Positions 23,056-36,597 of a stretch of 64,000 nucleotides of DNA are shown here, in pieces. The translations under genes and the position numbers were made by a program. Origin of the DNA: Octopus sinensis (Eukaryota); NCBI RefSeq assembly GCF_006345805.1, contig NC_042998.1:142538001-142602000 (forward strand), read 5' to 3'. How positions within the stretch are numbered: the first letter of the stretch is position 1; every line of letters begins with the position of its first letter. The notes under the pieces are model-generated. The model had not been told where the DNA came from and did no database searches. It saw only the letters and a program-made list of their open reading frames with translations.

Positions 23056-24180
23056 GGCGGAGGTGCCGCACCCCCTTTGGGATTTTTTTTTCACAGGAAC
23101 CCACTATATCAAGTGCAGAGATTCCGAATCTGTAAAAAAATCTGCATTATCCCCCCACCATCTAAAACTTTCTTAAATTTTCCCTTACATTTTTTTCTTT
23201 GCGTAATACGTGAAAAAATACAGAGATTATGATTCTGAAAAAAGAATTTTATAAAATTCAATTTTTCAAAAAAAATAAACACCCCCTCCCCTCTACCCTA
23301 TGACAAGTTTCTGTTTCGTGCATGCATAGAATAAGAACAGAAAAACTGACATGCTAGAAACGTTTTCAAAATTTTAATATGAATTACCAAAGAAAAAGAA
23401 TTCAGAATTTAAATCCGCCCCAACCGGAAATCTGATAAGCTAGAAACAGCCAAACCGAAGATCTACTAAGTACGAATTACCAAGAGAAAAAAATGTCAGG
23501 TGCAGGAGTGGCTGTAAGTAGCTTGTTTACCAACCACATGGTTCGGTACCACTGCGTGGCACCTTGGGCAAGTGTCTTCTACTATAGCCTCGGGCCGACC
23601 AAAGCCTTGTGAGAGGATTTGGTAAACGGAAACTGAAAGAAGCCTGTCGTATGTGTATACGTGTTTGTCCTCCCAACATCGCTTGACAACCGATGCTGGT
23701 GTTTGCGTCCCCGTAACTTAGCCGTTCGGCAGAGACCGATAGCATAAGTACTAGTCTTATATGTCCTGGGGTCGATTTCCTCGACTAAAGGCGGTGCTCC
23801 AGTATGGCCGCAGTCAAATGACTGAAACAAAGAGTCGTGTTGCATGTGAGCAAATCTAATTTTTACATACCTTAATTCCAGAAGACCCTGACCACAACGT
23901 TACGTTCGTCATGAAACATTAGTAGAGAAAACACTTTAATTTCAACTTCTTGCAATAGGGAAGGTGTTTATTTTATTTTGAAAAATTGAAACAATTTCTT
24001 TTCAGCATTGTAGTCTTCGTATTTTTCTATGAATTTGCCAAAAAAAACTTTCTTTAAAAGTGAAAATTTAGGCGGAGGGACTTAAATTTTGAAATGTAGA
24101 TTCGTAATCTCCGCACTCGATATAGTGAGATTCCAGGAAAAAAAAGGGCGGGGTGCGGACCAATGTCGTTACCTCCGCCC
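23056..24180. mobile_element. Second GGCGGAGGT-terminus element, interrupted by a SINE
   Basis: gggcggaggt...gcacccc at the left, ggggtgcgg...acctccgccc at the right; internal motifs shared with 21911-22695 and 53800-54200. Confidence 0.6.
23498..23833 (+). mobile_element. SINE family A, full length
   Basis: tRNA-like head, CORE-like ccttgggcaagtgtcttctactatagcc block, tail ending cagtcaaatgactgaaacaa. Confidence 0.85.
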
Positions 24181-24289
24181 ACAACCATTTATCCTTGCCG
24201 AGACAAGCACAACTGATCTCCACTTGTTGAGTTGTAATAACAAGTCAATCTCCATATATATTCTATCAAAATCGCCACGAAATATTTAC

Positions 24290-24500
24290 TGGCCCTTATA
24301 TCTATTTCTTTACTACCCACAACGGGCTAAACATAGAGGGGACAAACAAAGGGATTAAGTCGATTACATCGACCCCAGTGCGAAATTGGTACTTTATTTA
24401 TCGACCCCGAAAGGATGAAAGGCAAAGTCGACCTCGGCGGAATACTGCTAAGCGAAATACTGCTAAGCATTTCGCCCGGCGCGCTAACGTTTCTGCCATC
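24290..24500 (-). mobile_element. SINE family B
   Basis: tcgaccccgaaaggatgaaaggcaaagtcgacctcggcgg on the plus strand. Confidence 0.8.
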
Positions 24501-26052
24501 TCGATCGATACTAATAAACTTTCTCCCAATGGTAATATTGTTTCACAAGGCTTGTTAGGGGGAAGAAAGAACATCAGTATCGTTATCTACACTGCACTTT
24601 CATATAGTAACCACCGAGGATGTACATATCGACCCTGGGAGCTGTTTTCATGAGCTCGGTACAACTAAGATTTAACTGCAATTTCTAGATCACAACTCGT
24701 AAATGTTCCGTGTATGCCGCTCCCACGGAAACAGTCGCCTTCTAAAGCTTCTATTGGATAAAATCACATCTTAAATAAATGCATGGAGGGAAATTTTTGA
24801 TACTTTTTCAGAATTCAAGTTTATCCGAAATAGCACCAACATCAAATCATAATCCACACCACTGTAAAAAGAAAAAATACGCGGGAGGCTCGCAAGTTCG
24901 TTTACTAGCTGTCAACGGGAGTTTCTTTTTGGAGGGAAGGACAGACTATGTTGCTTGTTTATGTACGGTAGCGAATACCGAAGTACTAGAAAGGAAATGT
25001 AAACACGCTCTATTGGTTGTGTAATGTTTTAACACGGGACAGGTTCCAGTGGAAAGAACCTGTAGGACATGGGGAGAAGTCAATTTCAGGAAAGCGATGA
25101 CAAATGATCAATGTTGGAAAACCGAGCGTGTAAAAACGGATGACAAAAAAATTTCCGAATTCTCGGAGGGTGGAGGCTAATTTCACCAAGTAATACGTTG
25201 TTCTAAAAACCAGTTTTTCTTTTCGACAGGCAAGTCTCCGGTCGAGATTTACGTGCGTTCCTATTTTTATTTCTGCGTGCGTAAAAACCGGATTCGAAGC
25301 GTCTTCTCTTACCATCCACGGGTGAAAATTTCTTCGAAATCAGAGACAGAGTAGTGTTTTACAATATAATTGACGTATCACAGCGTTCAGTTTTCTGGAA
25401 GAATCAATACAATATGCGCCATAGTGGCAGGGGTGGCCTTCCATTGTAGCTTCAATTAGGAGTTTGGAATATGTACTGGAACAGCAATAATTTATTGATA
25501 AAAACTGCACTCTAACATCTTAAAAATATTACTAAGTGTCAATACCGCTGAAAAAAAAAATCTCGATAGCAAGACTTTACACTGATAACAATCTTAATTT
25601 GCGCGATAATCGGGCACCAACCACTTTCATGAAGTTTTTCGGTTAGTAAGATGGCAATTTTTTTTATCGAAAACGGTGCATATAAAAGACGGGCAGATGC
25701 CCCAAAGCGCGGAACCTGAAAAACAAATATAAACCCAAACAAAGCTGTAATACAAAAATCGATTTCGCGCCTAATGCACGGTGAAAATAAATGAAAAGGA
25801 CAAAAAATAACCAGAAAACCGTTTGAGATAAAAAAGAAAACATTTTATATGATTATATTTACAGAATGATGTCGTGGTCGAAGACCCCGATGTGAATAAT
25901 ACAAATCAAGGACTTAATTGCGGGATGAAATTACCATAGAATGCAGGAGGAAAACCCTCCTTAAAATGTCTGTACATTAATATTTACATTGTCTCTTAAT
26001 AAATATTGAAATGGGGGTGGATGTAATGAGCATGATTTTGTTGATAAAGTTT

Positions 26053-26595
26053 TTACTTCTTAGCGGCCTTTTTAGAACTTTTAGTCTTTTTGGGTTTGGT
26101 AACCTTCTTTGGTTTAGTAACTTTCTTGGCAGCAGCTTTCTTCGGAGACTTGCTCTTTTGAGGTTTGGCAGTCCGAGGTTTCTTCACTTTCTTGCTTTTG
26201 CCGGCAGGCTTCTTTGCTGGCTTCTTGGCAGCTTTTGGTTTGACTTTGGGTTTTGTGGATTTCTTGGCTTTCACTTTTTTCCCCTCTTTCTTAGCACCGA
26301 TTTTAAATGACCCTGAAGCTCCAGTTCCTTTCGATTGTTTCAAAAATCCACTAGCAACACCTCTCTTCAAAGCCATCTTAGTCTGGATAGTCGCAGCTTT
26401 CTCATTAGCCGACAGTTTGAAATTCTTCAGAACGTATTTGACAATGGCCTGACGAGAGGAACCGTTCTTATCGCCCAAACTTGTAATAGCTTGTTTAACC
26501 ATTTCGCTGTAACCCGGGTGAGTTGAAGGTTTCTTAGCTTTGGCAGCTTTCTTCACCTTAGGGGTAGCAGGAGCGGGTGCTGCAGTTTCAGTCAT
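26053..26595 (-). CDS. H1: Linker histone H1, intronless, 180 aa (resembles H1-delta/H1.0-type orphon H1)
   Basis: MTETAAPAPATPKVKKAAKAKKPSTHPGYSEMVKQAI...GSSRQAIVKYV...KQSKGTGASGSFKIG winged-helix globular domain plus a K/A/P-rich tail; open frame; ATG at 26595 (the longer ORF-track start at 26757 is upstream promoter sequence). Confidence 0.97.
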   Translation of the reverse strand: MTETAAPAPATPKVKKAAKAKKPSTHPGYSEMVKQAITSLGDKNGSSRQAIVKYVLKNFKLSANEKAATIQTKMALKRGVASGFLKQSKGTGASGSFKIGAKKEGKKVKAKKSTKPKVKPKAAKKPAKKPAGKSKKVKKPRTAKPQKSKSPKKAAAKKVTKPKKVTKPKKTKSSKKAAKK

Positions 26596-26659
26596 ATTGG
26601 TTTTGGTCGGTAAAGTCGACGGTGAACACAAAAATCTGCGTGATAATTGATAGGACGAG

Positions 26660-26790
26660 TTGAATAATAATACGTCACACCATAACACACTTGCTATAAA
26701 TACACAACGCGCCGACGTAGCAGTAAACACAGAACGCTCATGCTCTCTATGTGTCAAAATGGCAGCTTGTCAACATCTTATGTGTTTCTT
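26660..26790 (-). promoter_or_regulatory. H1 promoter: TATA-like TATTTATA (~26695-26702) and H1-box AAGAAACACA (26781-26790)
   Basis: Plus-strand tgtgtttctt is AAGAAACACA on the sense strand, the H1-specific AC box; conserved in the duplicate copy. Confidence 0.7.
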
Positions 26791-27839
26791 CGGTGTGCTT
26801 TAACTGCTTTGCTGTCTGGTTTACAAATAAAAACTTAACTTTCTAAGGCCATGGAATTAAATTATGGACTTCGGGTTAATGTTTCAGGAAGATTAAACAT
26901 CTGTTACGAGTATCTTGCCAATATTATTATCATTAATATAAGATGTTATCACTGTGTTAGGTTGTCGATAGGCTTCAATGAAACTTTAAATTACAAGAAT
27001 ATATATTAATGTTATGTCTTCTAAACTTTAGATACGAAAGAATATTCATACTGCTATATATTAAGTCGAATATTTGAAAGAATCGAGGAAAAATAAAACA
27101 ACTATAATAGCACTGTTTACAACTAGAAACACAGTTTTGCTTCACACTGCCGCCATACTTCAGATATGCGTTTAAGAAATAAGAATGATATTTCTAAACA
27201 GCATTCTCTGTGCATTTACGACTTCTTTCTTGAATAACACTTATCAAATACCTTCTTCTTAATTAGAAATCTTTATCAACTTGTTTACTTAATAATAAAC
27301 ACTCTACAAAGCTATCAACAGCATAAATGTTGATGTTCAATAAGAATTTCTACAACCACTTCGTTCATGTCGAATTACAGAATTAAATAGGGAATTCGAG
27401 TAAAACTAAACGGAATTATTTAGAAAATATATTGTTTTAGAGATATTATTACTATAAAATTTGTAGCACCCCCCCCCGCAAAAAAAAACCAAAACTTTTT
27501 TCTTCTAGTTAGATTTCGAAGTATTTAACGGATATGATTTCAGGTGAAGTATCATTGTTGTTTCGGAGAGAAAAGTTTCAAAAATTGATGCGTGGCAGAT
27601 ATATATACGTTTGTACACACACTTTATTTATTTATCTGTCTATCTAAAGACCTAGCTAGTTATGTGTGTGTGCGTATATATCTATCTATATCTATATCTA
27701 TATATATATATATATGTATATATCAAAAACGGGGAAGGACAGTTTTGGGGATTACCTTAAGTTTCTCGTCCATAAAGGGTTTAGCTTTATGGCGTATCGT
27801 CGGATCCTAACAACCTGTTGGCCCATGACCTCTTAAAAC

Positions 27840-28900
27840 GCGTGAGAGTACCATTTTTGGTTTTAAAAGAATTGTTAATAATTTCAGAAGAAAATGGGTG
27901 ATTAAAGGGAGATCTAGCTGTTGTTTTTTGTACAGCCCAAGACCTCCCTCCTCGTTACTTTCTCACTCTTACACCTATTGATGTTTTTCAATATTTTTCT
28001 CCCCATAAATACATTTTATGGAATGATGATGCCAAAGTAACACACGCGTAGTTCATTGCAAAGAAGAAAATGGTAATTTAATTTTTTACTCGCATCCCAT
28101 CCGAGCGAGGCCGTGCATGTGTAAGAAAACAACATTTTCTAACAGAAATTTATGCTACCAAAATAATCATCCTTTACATACATCTTAATAAAATCACTCT
28201 GGATAAAATCCCAGCAATAATCTTAGGTTTTCCAATATTTTAGAATTACATAAACAGAAATAATCGGGAGCAGGGTGTGGGTCTAAAAATATCATGAAAT
28301 TTCAAATTTTTTTTTTTTTTATAGCATAGATGTGTTTATGGGGGGAAATATTCAAAAACATCAATATATATTTGAGTGAGAAAAAAAAAAAACAAGGAGG
28401 GTGGTCTTGCGATGTGCTAGAAACAACAGCCAAATATCCCTTAAATCGAACACTTTTTCCTCTGAAAAGATTTAATTTTCTTTAACCGAAAAGGTTTCTC
28501 TCGTGCCTCTTAAGTGCGTAGTGAAAAAAGAAAAAAGAATGGCCAAAATTCGTCCGGAGTGGGTGATGAGGTGGTGACAGGAGTAAAATAAAAAGTTTTC
28601 CAAATTTTTTCCTTTTTTTCGTGAAAAGATGCCTCCCATGATTCCGAAGGCTGTATTGAGGAAAAAAGTCGCAAAAAATCCCCGCCAAAACCGAGAAATT
28701 CCCACTTATGTGAACCGTCTGATCCGAAACACTGTTTTCCAGAAACTCCGCCCCGCCGCCCACTTCCAAAAGATTTTGCCTACGAATTTCTTCGTAATCC
28801 ACACCGTTTAAAGGGTATTTTTATAAAATTTCATTAAAAAGTATCCATTTTCCTGAAAGTTACGAGGGGGAAAATGTCAGGTAGTGTGAATTTTCAGAAA
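27840..28900. mobile_element. AT-rich non-autonomous element with inverted arms (same family as 1190-1560 and 49415-50097)
   Basis: 27840-28020 is roughly the reverse complement of 28325-28500. Confidence 0.55.
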
Positions 28901-29278
28901 CCCTTCTCTTCAACCCCTCCGAAAAATTTTTCCAACAAATCTTTACATACACTCAATCTACAGGATCTAAGCGATTATTTGTAGAAAGGTTCGTTAAAAG
29001 AGTATCCATTTTTCTAGAAGTTATGAGGCAACAAAGTCGGGTGTGGGTATACATCCGTAGTTATGCCAATAATATGGCAGATTTATATAACATGTTGTAT
29101 TATATAAATCTGACAAACTATTTGTAACCTTTTTAAAAAAATTCTGTGCATATGAAATGATATGTATCTCTCACTGTATGGTCTACTTTTTTTTATAGCA
29201 AAAATGTGTTTATGGGGGGAAATATTGGAAAACATCAATATATATTTGAGTGAGAAAAAAACAGTACACTATATATAA

Positions 29279-31672
29279 CATCATCATCATCATCGATTAA
29301 CGTCTGTTTTCCATGGTGGATGGGTTGGACGGTTTGACTGAGGTCTGGAGAGCCAGCGGCTGCACCAGGCTCCAGTCTGGTCTGGCAGAGTTTCTACAGC
29401 TGGATGCCCTTCCTAACACCAACCACCCCGAGAGTGTAGTGGGTGCTTTTTACGTACCACCGGCACAGGAGCCAGTAAGGCAGGCCTGGCAACGATTACG
29501 GCACAGGAATCAGTATGAGGGTACTGGCATCGGTCATAATTGGTTGGTGCTTTTTACGTGTCACTGGCACCGGAGCCAGTAAGGAGGACCTGACAACGAA
29601 CACGTTCAGATGGTGCTTTTTAAGTGCCACCGGCACAGGAGTCACTCGGCGGAGTACTCACATCGGTCATGATCGGTTGGTGTTTTCACGTGTGACTGCC
29701 ACAGTAGCCAATCAGGCGGACTTGGCTTCGACCACATTCGGATGGTGCCTTTGACGTGCCATTGAAATGGGAGTCAGCCAGAGGGCACCGGCCCCAGCTC
29801 CTGTCATTGTCTCTATGAGGCCCAACGTTCGAAGGTTGTGCTTCACCACCTCATCCCAAGTCTTCTTGAGTCTACCTCTTCCACAGCTTCCTTCCACTGT
29901 TAAGGTGTAACACTTCTTCACACAGCTGCCCTCATCCATATGCAACATATGACCTATACCAGCGCAGTCATCTCTCTTGCACACCACATTTGATGCTTCT
30001 TATGTCCAACATTTCTCTCAGGGCACGTACACTCTGTCGTATATGCACACTGACATTACACATCCAGTGGAGTATACTAGCTTCATTTCTTTCAAACCTA
30101 TACAGTCACAGCCCATGTTTCACTGTCATGTAGCATGGCTGTTCACACACATGCATCATACAGTCTACCTTTCACTCTAAGTGAGAGGCCCTTTGTTACC
30201 AGCAGAGGTAGGAGCTCCCTGAACTTTGCTCAGGTTATTCTTATTCTAGCAGCTATGCTCTCAGAGTATATACCTCTGCTACTGACTTAATCACCTAGGT
30301 AACAAAAGCTATCAACTACTTCTAGTTTTACCCCCTGGCATGTGATGAAATCTGTTTTCTGTACATATTTAGTGTTTATTGCCTCTGTGCATCTACCACA
30401 CACAAAAACTATCTTCCCAGTTAACCATCCTTTGATAGTGCTGCACCTCTTACATGTCCATAGCTTACACCAGATACATCTTATGGAGTTTCTACCTACA
30501 CCTTTTCCACAGATCGAACAGGGCCATCTACCTGAAAGGGTCTGTGATTTGTCTGCCTTCCTACTTAGTTTTTGCTAGATTGACGCCATTATCCTTCGAT
30601 TCTAGACCGTGCTTCCACTCCTGAAACTTCTCTATTTCTGGTAGTGACTCAGCTATTATAGTAAGGCCATCAGCATAGAGGAGTTCCCAGGGACAGCCTG
30701 TCTTGAATTCCTCTGTTATTGCCTGGAAGACTATGATGAATAAGAGGGGGCTGAGGACTGATCCTTGGTGAACCCCTACTTCTTCCTGGAATTCTTCACT
30801 ATACTCGTTGCCAACCCTCACCTTACTGACAGCATCCTTATACATGGCTTGAACAGCTCTCACCAACCACTCATCTATCCCTAGTTTCCACATTGACCAC
30901 CAGATAAGGGATCGGGAGACTCTGTCAAAGGCTTTCTCAACGAAGGTCAAAGTACAAAGGTTTATGTTTGGCTAGGAATTTCTCCTGCAGCTGCCTTACC
31001 AGAAATATAGCATCAGTGGTATTTCTCCTTGGCACCAACCCAAACTGCATCTCGTCTAAACTAACTCTCATCCTAATTAGTTGGGCTATGACCCTCTCCG
31101 TGACCTTAATCACCTGATACAACAATTTGATACCTCTTTAATTATTCCTATCTAATGTGTCACCTTTACCTATGTAGCAGTTGTCTATGGTGCTACTACA
31201 CTAGTCATTGGGTATGACTCCTTGTATCACCTGGTTAACTATACGGGTGACTGGACAATAGCCTACGCCGCCAGATATTTTAAGCATCTCAGCAGTGATT
31301 CCTGATGGTCCGGGGGCTTTCCCCGTCTTCATACCCTTTATTGCTTTATCTACCAAGGTACTGTCAATTCAAATAGCTGGTCCCTCTGCTGGGTCGACAT
31401 TTGGCAGACTCTCTTTCTCCCATTCATTCTCTTCATTTAGCAACCTTTCATAGAGGCATCTCCAAGTCTCCCTCTTTGCTACATCATTAAATGCAAGTGA
31501 GCCATCATCCATGCAGACACATTTCTCTCCTGTGACATCACGACTCTCTCTCACACACTGTCTTGCAATACGAAGCACTTCAAGTCTCTGATCCTCACGA
31601 CGCAGAACATTGGCAAAATTTTTCTTATCTGCTTCCCTTCTGGCTAAATAAGTCTGTTTCCTAGCTTGCTAT
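29279..31672 (-). mobile_element. RTE-clade LINE, 5'-truncated and decayed
   Basis: RT motifs EKAFDRVSR, GVHQGSVLSPLLF, ELLYADGL, QFGLVPRRNTTDAIF; (gat)n 3' tail at 29279-29293. Confidence 0.9.
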
Positions 31673-32439
31673 TTAAGGTCAAAAGCGGTGTTTTTAGCAA
31701 ACTATTAAGACAATATTTTTAGCGACTGAAAATTTTTAGAAGAGAAAATGGCGGATCGGCTTGTAAAAATTGTGTTTGTTAGGGCAATCAGACACCTCAC
31801 GTCTGACACGCATTGTCGTCCAGGAGAATGAATTTACAAAAAAATATATCAGATATTACTATTCTTTAAAATTTTGACAGAAAAAATCGTGAACACCAAG
31901 TGAAAGGCTTAAAATCTAGTCTTGATTGTAACGTACTCTGATTTTTTGGAGGAGACAACACAACCTATTTATGGAAATATTATATATCAGAAGCGTCTCT
32001 GAAACAAAATTCTTACGATAAAATGTAGCAAAGCCTCTTTTGCTTAGGCTGTCAGTAAATTGGTTAGGTTTTGTTAAGAAATCCAAGTACTCTACACTAA
32101 AAACATATAGACAAAAAGCACAGATGTTTGTAGTTCGGTGGCCATATTTGTAGGTGGTCGCAGTGTTGATGTGATTACTACTACGTCCGCACGCAATGAA
32201 TAAATATGCGTTTAACAATTCAGCTTGTTTCGGAACTGCTCAGCTTGTTTTGATCGGTAGATGGTTACTAAGCTTCGTAACCTGAAGCTTGGTCCTCACC
32301 GAAAGGTCTTCATTTTGTTTATATATGCAAGGTGCTTGGGCTAATTTTAATGACTTTTTTCTTCTTCATGTCTCCTTTTTCAGGAACATCTTGATGAATT
32401 GTCAACTCCGTTGAAGTGATAGTTAAAAAGTTATTTGAC

Positions 32440-32850
32440 ATGGCAGACTGGAAGCCATCTGAATATTGGAAAAGAGTTACCTGTATGATGATGATTCGCG
32501 CTGGGTATGAAAATGCCAACATCATGACTACTGCACAGTGCTCGCTGAACACTGTAAAGACTGTACGACGTGACATGGAGAGCTGTAATGGTGACTACGA
32601 AGCAGTGGCCAGCAGGAAAGGACACGCCAGGCGTTCTGACACCGTGCGCACGTCCGAATTCATTCAACAGCTGCGGGACAAGGTGAAAGAAGATCCTAGC
32701 AAGGGAATTCGGGCTTTGGCGAGAGAGATGGGTGTTGGAGTTGCTACCATGAAGCTGGCCTTGAGTGAGGACCTTCGCGACTACGCGTACAAGGACCGCA
32801 AGGAACAAAACGTAGCAGCTAAAGAAAACCGCTTAACGAAGGCAAAGAGA
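32440..32850 (+). mobile_element. IS630/Tc1/mariner transposase N-terminal fragment (maT/DD37D-like)
   Basis: RKGHARRSDTVRTSEFIQQLRDKVKEDPSKGIRALAREMGV...KENRLTKAKR helix-turn-helix region; catalytic domain absent. Confidence 0.75.
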
Positions 32851-34829
32851 GCCGCTATGAGAGACAACATCGAGGTACCCGCCCAAGGATCCGATGGAGG
32901 TAAAGTTGCTCGTTACGAAGAAGGCCGGGACGAAGAAAAAGTAAGCGAGGTGTGCATTTAGGTAATAAAATTTGTGTATTTAGGATTTTATATTTATGTG
33001 GAATATCGTTTAATATGGTATGTATTTTAGGAAAATATCAAACAGACTAGTCATGAAAATATCCAAATTACAATATAACAACCATCTATTACCTTGACTG
33101 ATAACAAATCGGTTAATATATTACCTTGACTGATAACAAATCTATATTGTACAATTTTTTTGACATAATTCAAACAAATACCAAATATCGAGTTTCCGAA
33201 AGAATTTTTGTTACCAGGAATGAGAAGGAAATTAATATTGTCGCCGTAGTATTGAATAACCAAGGTGATGCGCCTCTGTATTTATGTCTAGTGCAATCAC
33301 TCGTTTAATGCATATCGTGAGCTCTATTTATAAACATTGGTAGATCGAAGAAGAGATGCAAGTTCAATTCAGACGGATTTGTGGTCGTTTCAGTTCTTGC
33401 GTTGTTTCGAATTAAAACCAAATCACCCGTTACAATCTCTGAATATTGACAAAAGGAATAGGACTGTGTCGGGGGAATATGAACGAACTTACGAAAAGCT
33501 TTTAGAATGTTATTATTACAGAAGTCTTGTAAATATCTACTTAGCTGAAATAGATAATTTTTGTCATGCCATTCATCAAACACCATTTCTATTTTCTCCG
33601 AGTTTGCTAACAATTAAGTAGATAAGCGGTCATTACTATACATGCAGAGTACGGCGATTTACAAAGTTTGAATGCAATTAAGGCCGTTGGCAGTAGTGTT
33701 TTAAACGCTCGGACACGAAAAGGACATTGGAATTCATCCATGTTCAAAATAACGATGAGGGTCATCGCCAAGGAACTTCAGATGTCGGGGCAGACCATCA
33801 GTACTTGTTTACGTTGACTGGAATATCAAGAGAAATAATTTTAAACGAACATGCACAAGAAAGACCTAAAACATTTAATACAAAGCACTTGTAGATATCT
33901 AATTAAGGAATTGTCTTGCTATAACCCTTTTTATCAAGCACACCTCCATCGCTAGTTTACTGCCCCCAATCATTAACATTTCAAACATCGTCTGTAAATA
34001 TTCATTTTGATCATTAATCCACCTGGACTAATGAGAATTTCTCAAGCTCCCTTGCTTGATTAAAAAAGAATAGTTTTTATAAAGATATATAAAGCTGAGA
34101 TTTTCAGATTAAACCCAAATGTTTTCTTTTTTTTTTTAATTATTGTCTTCGCTGTTATTTATAGTATCTGACCGAAAATTTTTGTACAGTTTAAGTTCCT
34201 TATCTCAATGAGGAAGAGAAAAGGTTTTTATTGTTTCCTTAATTTTATTTCATTATTCCTATCCAGAAATATGGATTCTTAAACCAGACCTAATAAATTT
34301 GCTTCTGGTCCTTCTGTGGCTTTTTCTTTTCCATGGTGTGTGGGACTTCTGTTTTGAAGCACGTAATATAGGTGTTAAGTTTTGCATTTAGGATACGAGG
34401 TGATTTTTGGTGGATGGGGAAAGATGCGTTTTAATGTCATTAAATACAGTATATTGAAACATACATTAGGGATACTCGATTGTACTTCTCGATTTTATCA
34501 TCAGGAGTTCGAAATAAGTCTACCGGTTCTTGTTCACCTGTGAAAATAATCGGTTTTGAGATGAAGCTTGTTTATAGAAGGGAGACAACCGTGAAGTCGA
34601 GCGTGTAAAATGGATGTCAAACTCGGTGATTTGTGAGTGACCGATGAGATTTGACTACTGTCGAACGATCAAATATCAGATAAGACCCAGTTGCCTCTGT
34701 AACTTTCTCTGAATCAATTTTTCAAAATAGAAAATTACATTTGAATGCCAAATCTTAAACTTGTGACCAATCGGCCCACAGCCCACTGTTTCTTTAAGGA
34801 CAGTCATGAGTGGTGGTGTCGTGTTAGAA

Positions 34830-35035
34830 CAGTGGTTCCCAGCCTTTGGTACGGAGCACTTTCGGGGTAATATGCGCTGTGAGCAAGGTTATGCCCTGCA
34901 CTGACCAGCTGGTGGGGAAGAAACATTCAGCCCTCGCATTAAACCTGAGTTGTGTTCTTTGTTGCTAGTTCATTTGAGTTTTTCTGTACGAAACATCGAA
35001 GTGGTACGCGATCACAAAATGGTTGGAACCCATTG
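34830..35035. mobile_element. hAT (Charlie-like) MITE
   Basis: CAGTGGTTCCC / GGAACCCATTG termini; degenerate 8-bp TSD tgttagaa / gattagaa. Confidence 0.65.
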
Positions 35036-35247
35036 GATTAGAAGCTAACCTGAGATTAAACACAGGCGATTAAAATTGCGTTGCTTAAATAAACTAGAAA
35101 TAACAGCTACATTGCTTGTTAACACAATTTTCTTACACATGTCCGTGTAACATCTGCAATAGAAAAGATGGCCAGCTTTAACTGCTATAAAGTTTTATAG
35201 CATGCTGACTACCTGATAAAAATCATTAACGTGGTTTTTATCCTTAT

Positions 35248-35297
<50 letters not shown>

Positions 35298-35554
35298 TAG
35301 AGTCTAAGAGATTGCTCCGGGTTTGCATTCGACAAGAAGTTGAAAATATTTTTGACCCATGACACTCCATGGACCCTAAGTAGTGTATGGGTAAAATTGG
35401 AATGAAATTGGTTGGGTACTTCTAGAGTTTTAGTGATGAACACACACAGACACTCATTCTCAGTTTTATATAGACATTACATATTTATATGTACCTAATT
35501 ACAGTTAAATGTGCATATATATAAGCATAGATAGATATATGCACGCCCTTGCTC

Positions 35555-36597
35555 TCAGCAGATTCTGTTACAGAACTAGGAAAGATCCAGGTGTGGAAGC
35601 AAAATCTGGAATCAAAGGGCCTTAAGATTAACAGAAGCAAAGGTTCTAGTAAACAAGAAAACCAACAAAATCCTACTCCCATCAGGTAAAAGGCCTTGCT
35701 TGATATTTAGGAAAGAAGCAGGAATTCTTCATGGTATACTCTGCATGTTAAGGACATAATAAGATGTAGGAAGGTTATCAGAGAAAGTGTATGTGGAAGA
35801 TGCACTGGAGCCATAAAAACAATTACTTGAGAAATCAACTTTCTCAAATAACAGTGGCTCTTTAGAAGTAATGGACAGTATCTACTATCTTGGGGACTTA
35901 ATTAGCAATGGGGCAGGATGTACAGAAAGTGTAATCACTAGAATACAAACAGGATGAAGAAAATTTAGAGTGAAAGGAAGCTTGTATGATTCATGTATAT
36001 GAACAGCAATGCTACGTGGCAGTAAGACATGAGACCTGAAAGCAAAGGACATGTGCAGGTTAGAGAGAAATGTATCTAATATGTTCCACTGGATGAGCAA
36101 TTTTAGTGTACATGTGTGACAGAGTGCTAAGGCATTGAGAGAAAATTTAGGCACAAGAGGAATTAGATGTAGTGTGCAAGAGAGAAGACTGTGCTGGTGT
36201 GGTCATATGATGCATATGGATGTAGACAGTTGCATACAAAAGTTCTGATCACTTAAAGTGGATGGAACTCATAGATGAGGGAGACCAGGGAAGACGTGAG
36301 ACAAAGTACTGAAGGCCAGTCTCAAAATGCTGAACCTTAAAGAGGTGACGACAAAAGATATGTGCTGCATTGCTGTACTCAAGAAGCGTGTCCACCACAG
36401 CAGAATAGATACTGGTGCTGGTGCCACATGAAAAGCACCTGGTACACTGTAAAGTGGTTGGCATTAAGGGCATCAAGCCATAAAAACTATGCCAAACCCC
36501 ATGGAGCTTGCTGCAGTCCCTGGCCTTAGCAACTCCTGACAAACCATCCAACTCATGCCAGCATGGAAAACAGCATTATATGATGATGATCATCATC
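35555..36597 (+). mobile_element. RTE LINE 3' fragment
   Basis: Same family as 29279-31672; ends ccatccaactcatgccagcatggaaaacag...gatgatgat. Confidence 0.8.

Noticed and set aside
25945-25961. Hairpin as the canonical histone stem-loop
   Set aside because: It has a 5-nt loop, reversed purine/pyrimidine stem, and no flanking CCAAA/ACCCA or downstream purine-rich element; kept only as a non-canonical candidate.
26596-26757. 54-aa N-terminal extension of H1 given by the ORF track
   Set aside because: It spans the TATA-like box and promoter; the true start is the MTET ATG at 26595.
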